Shown in pieces: positions 24,805-33,133 of a DNA stretch of 33,357 nucleotides (positions are counted from its first letter, which is position 1; each line of letters begins with the position of its first letter). The notes below the pieces were generated by a model that had not been told where the DNA came from, did no database searches, and worked only from the letters and a program-made list of their open reading frames with translations. Position numbers and translations under genes: made by a program. The DNA is taken from positions 1 to 33,357 of the forward strand of contig JBOHUY010000106.1 of NCBI GenBank assembly GCA_050735015.1, in the 5' to 3' direction. This DNA is from Candidatus Dormibacterales bacterium (lineage in GTDB: Bacteria > Chloroflexota > Dormibacteria > Dormibacterales > Dormibacteraceae).

Positions 24805-25178
24805 AGGTCGGCCCTGTCCATGGCCTTGCTCACGTAGGCGAAGACGTCGGGGTCCTCCGGCTGCTCGGTGAAGACCGGGTAGGCGCTGTAGAAGATGACG
24901 GGGATGCGCATGCCCCGGGTGCGCATCTCGTTGAGGAGCCCCCAGCCGTCCATGGGCTCGGGCAGCATGAGGTCGATGATGGCGACCTGGGGCGGCGACG
25001 CCGAGGCCACCTCCAGGGCCTGGGCAGCGTCCTCGGCCACGGCCACTTCGTACTCGAGCATCCTGAGGTCTGTCTCCAGGATGACCCGCCAGGCCCTCTC
25101 GTCGTCCACGACGAGCACCCTCGACCCGCGCACGTCCACGGGAGCGGGGTCGATCGGCTTGGGGGGAACGAACGGCAT
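24762..25178 (-). CDS. Single-domain response regulator (CheY-like receiver only)
   Basis: ORF track, 138 aa. Contains RVLVVDDE, the phospho-acceptor context VAIIDLMLPE, FYSAY and YVSKA. There is no output domain. Confidence 0.85.
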   Translation of the reverse strand: MPFVPPKPIDPAPVDVRGSRVLVVDDERAWRVILETDLRMLEYEVAVAEDAAQALEVASASPPQVAIIDLMLPEPMDGWGLLNEMRTRGMRIPVIFYSAYPVFTEQPEDPDVFAYVSKAMDRADLYAMLPDAVRRSRP

Positions 25179-25443
25179 CTCGTCAACCTACTCCTGCCTA
25201 CTCTTGCGCGCCTTATCCAAGGCACCTCGGCCGCCCTGGACGCTCCACCTGTCAAGCGCCCGACAGCGGCGCTGCACGCCCCCACGGCGAAGGCCACCCA
25301 GGCGCGAACCGGGCCTTCCCGGACTTGAGGCCGGGGGCGGCGCCGCGGTCGCCTGCCGGTGCTTGAATTTACCAAGCCGCTTGACGCTCGGTTGTTAAGA
25401 AACACCGAATAGAAACGCGTTTGGGTAAAGGGTCGCGGTCGCG

Positions 25444-26142
25444 GTGACCCCGGCCCTGAAGCGGGCGTCCCAAGAGGCCGCCCGGCTCGCGCCTGGCGTT
25501 TCCAAGCGTGGGGGGGCGCGGGCGGCCGCGCCGGGTATCCTCTCTGCAGCCGTGGACTACCGCCTGGAGCAGCTGGTCAACGGCCCAGCCGGGAACCACG
25601 CCGTCCTCGACCGGGTCATGGTCTGGGTCGCCTCCGACCTCGTCTACCTCTTCTTCGCGGCCGTCGTGCTCTGGTTCCTCTACGGCTGGTGGCGGGGCCT
25701 TCACGAAGACCGCCGGGGAGCCATCGCGGCCGGGATGGCGCTCATCCTCGCCCTCATCGTGAACGCTGTGGTGGCCGCCATCTGGGTGCGGCCGCGGCCC
25801 TTCGTGGCTCATCCCGCCACCGTCCATCTGATCCTCCTCCACGGCCGGGACGCCTCTTTCCCCAGCGACCACGCGGCCATGACTTTCGCTGTGGCCACCG
25901 TCCTGGTGCTCCTGCACCGCCGCCTGGGGCTGCTGGCGTTCCTGGCCGCGGCGGCCGTCTGCTACGCCCGCGTCTACGTGGGCGACCACTACCCCGGCGA
26001 CGTCCTGGGAGGGGCGGCCGTGGGGGCCGCCTGCGGCCTTGTGCTCGGCCTCTGGGCGTCGGGGCTGCCCGACCTCGTCCGCAAGGCCCTCGACGACCTC
26101 ATCCGCGCCCTCCACCTCCCGCTCGAGGAGGAGGCCGGATGA
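25444..26142 (+). CDS. PAP2-family lipid phosphatase (undecaprenyl-diphosphatase / BcrC-like)
   Basis: ORF track, 232 aa. The acid-phosphatase motifs are IWVRPRPF, FPSDH and YARVYVGDHYPGDV, with several TM helices. The GTG at 25552 (MDYRLEQLVNG...) is an alternative start. Confidence 0.8.
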   Translation: MTPALKRASQEAARLAPGVSKRGGARAAAPGILSAAVDYRLEQLVNGPAGNHAVLDRVMVWVASDLVYLFFAAVVLWFLYGWWRGLHEDRRGAIAAGMALILALIVNAVVAAIWVRPRPFVAHPATVHLILLHGRDASFPSDHAAMTFAVATVLVLLHRRLGLLAFLAAAAVCYARVYVGDHYPGDVLGGAAVGAACGLVLGLWASGLPDLVRKALDDLIRALHLPLEEEAG

Positions 26143-26238
26143 GGGGGGGCCCTCGCAGCCGCCTCGCCCCGGGGCCACGCGCCGCCGCCCAGACCGCGCC
26201 TGAGAGGGCCGGCCACGACCCGGCCGGGGCGGGTCTAT

Positions 26239-26934
26239 GTGGTGGGTTGGGCAGCCCTCGCCCTCGCCCTCGTCATCGCCCTGAGCTGGTTACTGGCCCC
26301 CTCCACCTCTGACATCCAGGCCCGCGTGGACGCCGCCGCCGCCCGCCATCACGACCCCGTCCTGGCCCCCGGCGAGGTCCCCCCCGTCCTCGCCCAGGCC
26401 GTCGTGGCGACCGAGGACGAGCGCTTCTACCAGCACCACGGCATCGACGTCATCGGGCTCGCGCGGTCGCTCTGGTTCGACGTCTCTCACCGCTGCGCGT
26501 GCCAGGGGGGCTCCACCATCACCGCCCAGCTGGGCAAGGACATGTACCTGGGGGGCAGCGACCGGGGCCTCAAGAAGCTCGAAGAGCTCGTGCTGGCGGT
26601 CAAGATCGAGACCACCATCTCCAAGCAGCGCATCCTGGCCGACTACCTGTCCGAGATCCCCACCGGGCCCGGCCTCTACGGCGTCACGGCGGCCTCCTGC
26701 GCCTACTACCGGAGGCCCCTGGAAGGTCTCACGCTGCCCGACTACGCGCTCCTGGCCGGCCTCACCCAGGCGCCTTCCGCGTACGACCCCCTGGTCGACC
26801 CCTCGCTGGCCCGGGAGCGGCGGGCGGCGGTGCTGGCGGCCATGGTCTCCGAGGACTACATCACGCCGGCCGCGGCCGCGGCCGCGGCGCGGGCCCCCAT
26901 CGTGCCCCCGGGCGGCCCCGGCTGCCAGGGCTGA
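26239..26934 (+). CDS. Monofunctional peptidoglycan glycosyltransferase (GT51 domain only)
   Basis: ORF track, 231 aa. It has an N-terminal TM. The GT51 motifs are ATEDERFYQHHGID, GGSTITAQL, KKLEE and RRAAVL. There is no transpeptidase domain. Confidence 0.85.
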   Translation: MVGWAALALALVIALSWLLAPSTSDIQARVDAAAARHHDPVLAPGEVPPVLAQAVVATEDERFYQHHGIDVIGLARSLWFDVSHRCACQGGSTITAQLGKDMYLGGSDRGLKKLEELVLAVKIETTISKQRILADYLSEIPTGPGLYGVTAASCAYYRRPLEGLTLPDYALLAGLTQAPSAYDPLVDPSLARERRAAVLAAMVSEDYITPAAAAAAARAPIVPPGGPGCQG

Positions 26935-26947
26935 GGCCCGCCGCGGC

Positions 26948-27691
26948 TCAGGGCCCGGCCCCCCCGAGCCTGGCGGGACGCCACCAGAACCGCAGGCGCA
27001 GCACCGTCAGAAGCGCCCTGTGGATCTCGCCGGCGGAGACCTTGGACCTGCCAGCCACCCGGTCCTCGAACCTGATCGGCACCTCCACCAGGGGGAAGCC
27101 CGCCCGCGCGCAGCGGTAGGCCATCTCGATCTGGAAGGAGTAGCCCTGGGCCTCCACGCTCTTAAGGCCGACCCTCTCCAGGACCGACCGCGTGTAGCAG
27201 CGGTAGCCGGAGGTGACGTCGCGGGCAGGCAGGCCGAGGACGACCCGGCAGTAGAGGTTGGCGCCGTAGGAGAGGGCCCAGCGGCGCGCGCCCCAGCCCA
27301 CGATGGAGCCGCCCGCGACGTAGCGGGAGCCGATGGCGAGGCCTCCGCTGGAGCGGGCCGCCCGGATGATGTCGTCGAGGTGGACGGGCAGGTGGGAGCC
27401 GTCGGCGTCCATCTCCACCATGAGGACGTAGCCGCGGGCGAGCGCGAGGCCGAAGCCGGCCAGGTAGGCGCCCCCCAGTCCCAGCTTGGCGGGGCGGTGG
27501 AGCACGGTCACGCCGGCGTCCTCGGCCGCCAGGCGGTCCGCGATCTCGCCCGTGCCGTCCGGGGAGGCGTCGTCCACGACCAGGACGTCGTGGCCGAGAG
27601 CGCGGACGGCGGACACCACCCGCTCGAGGTTCTCCCGCTCGTCGTAGGTGGGAACGATGACGAGCGCCCGACCCGCGGTTACGTCCGCCAT
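26948..27691 (-). CDS. Polyprenol-phosphate mannosyltransferase (dolichol-P-mannose synthase-like GT2)
   Basis: ORF track, 247 aa. Contains LVIVPTYDERENL, VVDDASPDGT, EMDADGSH, GSRY and VEVPIRFEDRVAGRSKVS. Confidence 0.9.
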   Translation of the reverse strand: MADVTAGRALVIVPTYDERENLERVVSAVRALGHDVLVVDDASPDGTGEIADRLAAEDAGVTVLHRPAKLGLGGAYLAGFGLALARGYVLMVEMDADGSHLPVHLDDIIRAARSSGGLAIGSRYVAGGSIVGWGARRWALSYGANLYCRVVLGLPARDVTSGYRCYTRSVLERVGLKSVEAQGYSFQIEMAYRCARAGFPLVEVPIRFEDRVAGRSKVSAGEIHRALLTVLRLRFWWRPARLGGAGP

Positions 27692-27870
27692 CCGACGGGC
27701 CAGTATGACGCCAAGCCGGCCGGCGTCCGGGAGGTGGCCGGACGGGCCGCCTCAGGAGCCAGGTTGTCCACCTCGGTGCGCGCCGCGCCCGGAGCCGCCA
27801 CCGCCCGGCCGCGGGCCCGCCCGGGAGGCGGGAAAATCGGCCATGTAAGCCGGCGGTCGAGCCCCTAGAA

Positions 27871-28218
27871 TTGTCCGCCGTGGGCGGGGCGGTCGACTAC
27901 AGCGGGCCCTTCCAGCGGGCCATCGAACTGGTCGGCAAGAGGTGGAGCGGGGCCGTAGTGAGGGCGCTCCTGGAAGGGCCCGTGCGCTTCAACCACCTCT
28001 TGGTGGGCATCCCCGGCATCAGCGACCGGGTCCTCACCGAAAGGCTCCGCGAGCTGGAGTCCGAGGGCATCGTCGAGCGCCTCGTCGACCCCGGCCCCCC
28101 GGTCCGCGTGAGCTACCGCCTGACCAGCCGCGGGCGTGCCCTGGAGCCCGTCGTCGCGGCCGTCTCGGACTGGGCCGAGGAGTGGCTGGCGGCCGCCGTG
28201 AGCGCCGCCGCCAGCTAG
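27871..28218 (+). CDS. HxlR-family winged-helix transcriptional regulator
   Basis: ORF track, 115 aa. Contains IELVGKRWSGAVVRALLEGPVRFNHLLVGIPGISDRVLTERLRELESEGIVER...VSYRLTSRG. The start is TTG 27871 or GTG 27880. Confidence 0.85.
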   Translation: MSAVGGAVDYSGPFQRAIELVGKRWSGAVVRALLEGPVRFNHLLVGIPGISDRVLTERLRELESEGIVERLVDPGPPVRVSYRLTSRGRALEPVVAAVSDWAEEWLAAAVSAAAS

Positions 28219-28360
28219 GCTCGCCTCCCCCTCCGAGGAACGCGCCGCCCCCTTCGGGGGCACCCCGGGCGGCCTTTGGGACGAGGCCGCCTCGAGCCCC
28301 TTTCGGCCCCCGCGGGAGCGGGCTCTCAGTTCAGCCTCCCCTGCTACCATCGTTCCCGCA

Positions 28361-28975
28361 ATGCCGCTAGGCGACATCCTCCGTCGCCGCCCGCGCGACG
28401 CGGAGCCATGCCCCGCCTGCGGCGCGGCGCTCCCCACGGGCTCGGTCTTCTGCCCTTCCTGTGGCGTGCGCGTGGACGACCCCGACGCGCAGCCCCTGCA
28501 CATCGTCGACCGCACCACGGGCCTCTTCAACGACCGCTTCATCCGGCCCGTCCTGGAGGACGAGCTGGCCCGCGCCCACCGCTACGGGCGCCCCCTGGGC
28601 GTCCTCCTCGTGGAGAGCCAGGCGGAGGCCGCCAAGGCGGCTGAGGAGGGCGGCGGCAACCCGGGCGGGGAGGACTGCCTCAAGGCGATGGCGGCGGCGG
28701 TGGCCCGGACGCTCCGCGACGTGGACACCCCGGGCGTCCTCGCGCGTCACCCCGCCCAGCTCCTGGCCCTGCTCCCCGACACCGACATGGCGGGCACCGC
28801 CCACGCCGCCAACCGCGTCCTCAACGCGGTCAACGCCGCCCTCAACCCGATCGGGGGATCGTGCACGGTCGGACTCGTCTGCGTCCGCCCCGCGCAGCGC
28901 TTCCGCGCCGGCGCCATCATCGAGGCGGCGGGCCGGAGCCTTCGCAGCGGGCGCCCGGAGCTGCTCGGCCGCTGA
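28361..28975 (+). CDS. Zinc-ribbon protein with a degenerate GGDEF-like domain
   Basis: ORF track, 204 aa. The zinc ribbon is CPACGAALPTGSVFCPSCG. GGDEF-type sequence follows (DRTTGLFNDRFIRPVLEDELARAHRYGRPLGVLLVE ... GGEDCLKAMAAAVARTLRDVDTPGVLARHPAQLLALLPDTD). HPAQL stands where GGDEF is expected, and the DxDxFK region is replaced. Confidence 0.65.
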   Translation: MPLGDILRRRPRDAEPCPACGAALPTGSVFCPSCGVRVDDPDAQPLHIVDRTTGLFNDRFIRPVLEDELARAHRYGRPLGVLLVESQAEAAKAAEEGGGNPGGEDCLKAMAAAVARTLRDVDTPGVLARHPAQLLALLPDTDMAGTAHAANRVLNAVNAALNPIGGSCTVGLVCVRPAQRFRAGAIIEAAGRSLRSGRPELLGR

Positions 28976-28987
28976 CGCCGGGCGGCC

Positions 28988-29347
28988 TCAGGCGGGGCCG
29001 TACCCGGGGGCGGGGGGACGGGCACGGGCATCGCTCGACCTCGAGCGCAGGGTCCAGGGTCGAAAGCGCGCGCCCGGCACCCCGGCGAAGACGAGGTAGG
29101 CCGCGGAGGGCTCCTCGGCCCTGTAGACGTGGCGCTCGCCGGGGTCCACGAGCAGCATCTCGCCCACCCCCACGCTGCCGCCCACGCCCGCCTCGCTGTA
29201 GGCGATGCGGCCCTCGGTCACGATGAGCACGACGGGGATGGCCGTGCGGTGCTCGGGGACCCGCTGGCCGGCCTCGAGCCTCAGGCCCACGACACGCATG
29301 GCCCCGCAGTCGGCGATCTGCTCCCAGCCGAAGGCTCTGGGCTCCAT
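28988..29347 (-). CDS. Cupin-domain protein
   Basis: ORF track 28988..29365, whose start is a TTG; the ATG at 29347 is preferred. It shows a cupin-like pattern: RLEAGQRVPEHRTAIPVVLIVTEGRIAYSE...VGEMLLVDPGERHVYRAEE. Confidence 0.7.
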   Translation of the reverse strand: MEPRAFGWEQIADCGAMRVVGLRLEAGQRVPEHRTAIPVVLIVTEGRIAYSEAGVGGSVGVGEMLLVDPGERHVYRAEEPSAAYLVFAGVPGARFRPWTLRSRSSDARARPPAPGYGPA

Positions 29348-29419
29348 CCGTGGTATTGTCGCCAACCCCGGGCCCGGCCCGGGCCCCGCGGGCAGCCTGC
29401 GCTACCCTCGGGCGAGGCC

Positions 29420-30100
29420 ATGAGGATCGTCCACGCCGCCGGCGTCGAAGGGGCGCGCGAGGGGGCCGGGCTGGTCGTGGTCATCGACGTCCTGCGCGCC
29501 TTCACGGTCGCCGCCGTCGCCCTCTCGCGGGGGGCCAGGGAGTCCTTGCTGGTGGGCACCTTGGAGGAGGCCCGGCGGCTGGCCGCCCGCGTCCCGGGCT
29601 CGGTCCTCTCCGCGGAGGAGGACGGGCTGCCCGTGCCGGGCGTCGCCGTCAGCAACTCCCCGGCCGCCATCGAGGCCCTCCCCATGTCCGGGCGCACGCT
29701 CATCCAGCGCACCAGCGCGGGCACGCAGGGCGTCGTCGCCGCGGGCGACCGCGAGGTCCTGGCGGCGGCCCTGGTGGTGGCCTCGGCGACGGCGCGCGAG
29801 ATCTCGCGCCGGGGGCCCGAGACCCTCACCCTGGTGGCCATGGGAGAGCCCTTCGGCCACGTCGAGGACCGCGCCTGCGCGCTCTACCTGGAGGGCCTTC
29901 TGACCGGCCGCCCGGCCGACCTGGAAAGGCTCCTCTCGCCGCTCCGGGCCTCCGACCGCTACCGCCGGGTGGAAAGCGGCCTCTGGCCGGGCTTCCCGCC
30001 CCGCGACCTCGAGATCGGGCTCGAGGTCGACGCCTTCTCGTTCGCGATGCCGGTAGCGCCGGAGGGGGGGCTCCACCGCCTGCGCCGGCTGCCGGCCTGA
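29420..30100 (+). CDS. 2-phosphosulfolactate phosphatase (ComB) family protein
   Basis: C-terminal 226 aa of track ORF 29129..30100, with the ATG at 29420. Contains GLVVVIDVLRAFTVAAVALSRGA, LSAEEDGLPVPGVAVSNSP and RTSAGTQGV. Confidence 0.8.
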   Translation: MRIVHAAGVEGAREGAGLVVVIDVLRAFTVAAVALSRGARESLLVGTLEEARRLAARVPGSVLSAEEDGLPVPGVAVSNSPAAIEALPMSGRTLIQRTSAGTQGVVAAGDREVLAAALVVASATAREISRRGPETLTLVAMGEPFGHVEDRACALYLEGLLTGRPADLERLLSPLRASDRYRRVESGLWPGFPPRDLEIGLEVDAFSFAMPVAPEGGLHRLRRLPA

Positions 30101-30187
30101 GCCGCCCTCGACGTGCGCTTTGCGCGGGCCTCGCGCCCATTTACGATTACGCGCGCCCTCGGCAGCTTCGACAGGAGGCAAACACAC

Positions 30188-30901
30188 ATGCAGCAGCCCC
30201 AGGCGGCCGCGCCCGTCCTTCTTCCCACGCGGGTCCACGACGGCGAGGGCCCCGGCCTTCGCTACCACATCGAGGGTGAGCTCGTGCCCGTCCTCCACCT
30301 GGAGCTTGGGGGCGGCATGCCCGTCTACTTCGAGCACCATGTCCTGCTCTGGAAGCATCCCTCGGTGAACATCGGCGTCCGGCAGATGAAGGGGGCCTTC
30401 AAGCGGGTGGTGGCGGGCATGCAGATCTTCATGACGGAGGCGGCGGGGCCGGGCCAGATCGCCATGAGCCGGGACGGCGCCGGCCAGATCTTCCCCCTCG
30501 CCCTGCAGCCCGGCCAGACGGTGGAGGTCCGCGAGCACCAGTTCCTGGCCGCCACCGGGAACGTCGACTTCTCCTTCCGCAGGCTGCGCGGGATCTCCAA
30601 CATGCTCTTCGGGGGCAGCGGCATCTTCATCGACCGCTTCACGGCCGAGGGCCAGCCCGGGCTGGTCTGGCTGCACGGCTACGGGAACGTCTTCGAGAAG
30701 GCGCTCGGGCCGGGGGAGTCGATCGACGTCGAGCCTGGGGGCTGGGTCTACAAGGACGGCGGCGTGGACATGCAGGTCCAGGTCTTCGGGCTGCGCACGG
30801 GCGTCTTCGGCGGCTCCGGCCAGCTCGTCTTCAACCGCTTCACGGGCCCGGGGCGGGTGGGCATCCAATCCATGTACGTGCACCTGCCCACGGCCGACTA
30901 G
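30188..30901 (+). CDS. AIM24-family protein (DUF124)
   Basis: Track ORF 30113..30901. The start was set at the ATG at 30188, preceded by AGGAGG plus an 8-nt spacer. Contains LRYHIEGELVPVLHLELGGGMPVYFEHHVLLWK..., IFIDRFTAEGQPGLVWLHGYGNVFEKAL and VFNRFTGPGRVGIQSM. Confidence 0.85.
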   Translation: MQQPQAAAPVLLPTRVHDGEGPGLRYHIEGELVPVLHLELGGGMPVYFEHHVLLWKHPSVNIGVRQMKGAFKRVVAGMQIFMTEAAGPGQIAMSRDGAGQIFPLALQPGQTVEVREHQFLAATGNVDFSFRRLRGISNMLFGGSGIFIDRFTAEGQPGLVWLHGYGNVFEKALGPGESIDVEPGGWVYKDGGVDMQVQVFGLRTGVFGGSGQLVFNRFTGPGRVGIQSMYVHLPTAD

Positions 30902-30915
30902 CCCCCGGCGAGCTC

Positions 30916-31620
30916 TCAGGGCAGGCGCTCGATCCAGGCCGGGGTCGAGAACTTGTCACGCGCGAGCGCCCGCGCCTCCTCTTCCTCGCCCTCGTCCACG
31001 GGGGCGGGGCTGAGGGGGGCGAGGCGGGCGAAGGCCCCCGCCAGCGCCCGCACGACCTCTTCTGGGCCCACGCCCGTGAAGGTGTCGATGGGGGTCACCA
31101 CGCGCACCGCGCTGCGGATCCCGACCGGGCTCACGCGCTCGCGGCCCAGGCGCAAGAGGCGCTCCAGGAGAAGGGGGTCCATGGAGTGGGCCATGGTCGT
31201 GTGGTGGAGGACGGCCGGCCCGCGCCGGGCCTGGGCCGCTCCCCCGATCTTGCCGCCCGGCGAGACGATGTCGTTGATGGGCCGGTAGCCGGCGGGCACG
31301 CCCAGGCCTTGGAGGGCCGCCACCGCGAAGGCGTCCAGGCGCCGGAAGGACTCCACCAGGGTCAGGCCCCGGACCAGGTCGGCGGGCGCGTAGACCGAGA
31401 AGGTCACGGTCCGGCCCGGCTCCGCGAGCATGGTCCCGCCCCCGCTGATGCGGCGGGTGACGGTGAAGCCGAGGGCGCGGGCGGCGGCGGTGTCGACCTC
31501 GTTCCGGACCGACTGGTGCGACCCGATCACGAGGGCGGGCGCCGCCCAGCGCCAGATCCTGAGCGCGGGCCCCCGCCGCCCGCTCCTGAGCCGGCCCAGC
31601 AGGACCTCGTCGAGCGCCAT
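30916..31620 (-). CDS. Lipoate-protein ligase / octanoyltransferase family protein (BPL_LplA_LipB catalytic domain only)
   Basis: ORF track, 234 aa. Contains LRIWRWAAPALVIGSHQ, TRRISGGGTMLAEPGRTVTFSV and the catalytic-Lys context GGKIGGAAQARR. Conserved N-terminal sequence continues upstream of the first canonical start (see findings), so the true start may lie as far up as 31710. Confidence 0.85.
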   Translation of the reverse strand: MALDEVLLGRLRSGRRGPALRIWRWAAPALVIGSHQSVRNEVDTAAARALGFTVTRRISGGGTMLAEPGRTVTFSVYAPADLVRGLTLVESFRRLDAFAVAALQGLGVPAGYRPINDIVSPGGKIGGAAQARRGPAVLHHTTMAHSMDPLLLERLLRLGRERVSPVGIRSAVRVVTPIDTFTGVGPEEVVRALAGAFARLAPLSPAPVDEGEEEEARALARDKFSTPAWIERLP

Positions 31621-31706
31621 CTGGTCGTGGGGGCCCCGGGGCGGCTCGCCGGGCTCGATGAGGCCCCACTCCCAGCTCCGCCACGGCGTCGGGGAGCGGG
31701 CGCCCT

Positions 31707-32999
31707 TCAGGGGCCGGCCTCCAGCTCGACCAGGCTCTCGCCGATGATCTCGACGCCGAGCTCCGCCTCCTCGCGCTCCAGGACCAGGGGGGGCGCCAGC
31801 CGGACGGCGCCCACGCCCGCGGTCAGCAGCAAGAGCCCACGCCGGAAGGCGGCCTCCACGAGGGCGGCGGCCAGGTCCGGCGGGTCCAGCTCCAGGGCCA
31901 GCATGAGGCCCTGCCCGCGCACGTCGGCGACCAGCCCCGGGTGGGCGGCGGCGAGCTCGTCGAGGCCGGCCCGAAGGCGCCCCCCCACGTCGGCGGCGTT
32001 CTCCACCAGGCCCTCCTGCAGAAGGTCGAGGGTGGCGAGGGCGGCGGCGCAGGCGACGGGGTTGCCCCCGAAGGTGGTGCCGTGGGCGCCGGGGGGCCAG
32101 ACCATGAGCGGCGCGCGGGCCAAGAAGGCGCCCAGGGGCAGTCCCGAAGCGACGCCCTTGGCCAGGCAGACGATGTCAGGGTCGACGCCGGCGTGCTGGA
32201 AGGCGCACATGCTGCCCGTGCGGCCCATGCCCGTCTGCACCTCGTCGACGGCGAGCAGGATGCCGTGGCGGCGGGTCACCTCGCGCAGGCGGGGCAAAAA
32301 GTCGGGGGGAGGCACCAGGTACCCCCCCTCGCCCTGGATCGGCTCGACGAAGACGGCGGCCACGCTCTCGGGAGGGGCCACGGTCGAGAGCAGCCTTTCC
32401 AGGCTCTCCAGGGAGCGGTCGGTGGACACCCCCCGGGCGGCCGAGGGGTAGTCGGCGTGGAAGACCGAGGGCAGAAAAGGCGCGAAGCCGCGGCGCTGGA
32501 CCGAGCGGCTGGCCGTCAGCGAGAGGGCTCCCAAGGTGCGGCCGTGGAAGCCGCCCAGGAAGGCCAGGAAGTTGGGCCTGCCGGTGGCGTGTCGGGCCAG
32601 CTTCATGGCCCCCTCGACGGCCTCTGTCCCCGAGTTGGTGAAGAAGACCCGCCCGCCCGGCATGAGGGCGGCGGTCAGGCGCTCGGCGAGCTCGACCTCG
32701 ACCCCGTAGTAGAAGTCGGTCCCCGACATGTGCAGGAAGCGCCCCGCCTGCTCTCGGACGGCGGCCACCACGCGGGGGTGCGAGTGGCCGGTGGCCGCGA
32801 CCGCGATCCCGGCCGTGAAGTCCAGGAAGACGTTGCCGTCCACGTCCGTGACCCAGCAGCCCTCGCCCCTGTCCATAACGAAGGGGCAGCCGCGCGTGAA
32901 GCTGGGGGAGAGCACGGCGCGGTCCCGCTCGATGAGGGCGGCCGCCCGGGGCCCCGGGAGCCGGCCCCGGACCATGGGCCGTCGGGCGGTGGTGGACAC
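31707..32999 (-). CDS. Class III pyridoxal-phosphate aminotransferase (GabT / acetylornithine aminotransferase-like)
   Basis: ORF track, 430 aa. Contains FLDFTAGIAVAATGHSHP, FFTNSGTEAVEGAMKLAR, LAVDEVQTGMGRTG, the PLP-Lys context CLAKGVASGLPLGA and TTFGGNPVACAAA. The start is GTG 32999 or ATG 32975. Confidence 0.9.
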   Translation of the reverse strand: MSTTARRPMVRGRLPGPRAAALIERDRAVLSPSFTRGCPFVMDRGEGCWVTDVDGNVFLDFTAGIAVAATGHSHPRVVAAVREQAGRFLHMSGTDFYYGVEVELAERLTAALMPGGRVFFTNSGTEAVEGAMKLARHATGRPNFLAFLGGFHGRTLGALSLTASRSVQRRGFAPFLPSVFHADYPSAARGVSTDRSLESLERLLSTVAPPESVAAVFVEPIQGEGGYLVPPPDFLPRLREVTRRHGILLAVDEVQTGMGRTGSMCAFQHAGVDPDIVCLAKGVASGLPLGAFLARAPLMVWPPGAHGTTFGGNPVACAAALATLDLLQEGLVENAADVGGRLRAGLDELAAAHPGLVADVRGQGLMLALELDPPDLAAALVEAAFRRGLLLLTAGVGAVRLAPPLVLEREEAELGVEIIGESLVELEAGP

Positions 33000-33133
33000 C
33001 CCTCGAAGATATCAGGGGCCTGCGCGCGGACCTCTCGCGGGGGCCCAGAGGCGCAGGATTCGCGCCCGCCCGGAGTTGGTTACCGGTGTCGGCGCGGGCG
33101 CGGGGCCGGCGACTGAAGGGAAGGAGGCGGGGG

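Noticed and set aside
25179-25443. Relatively AT-richer patch (CTTGAATTTACCAAGCCGCTTGACGCTCGGTTGTTAAGAAACACCGAATAGAAACGCG) between the receiver and PAP2 genes, considered as a promoter.
   Set aside because: TTGACG and TAGAAA-like hexamers are present, but I could not place a -35/-10 pair with 16-19 nt spacing. No call was made.
28219-28360. Cluster of short GC hairpins after the HxlR gene: CCCCC-TTC-GGGGG, GGCGGCC-N10-GGCCGCC and GAGCCC-N20-GGGCTC.
   Set aside because: There are no T-tracts, and stems of this size are expected by chance at this GC content. They may act as a terminator or leader for the downstream gene, but this is not supportable from sequence alone.
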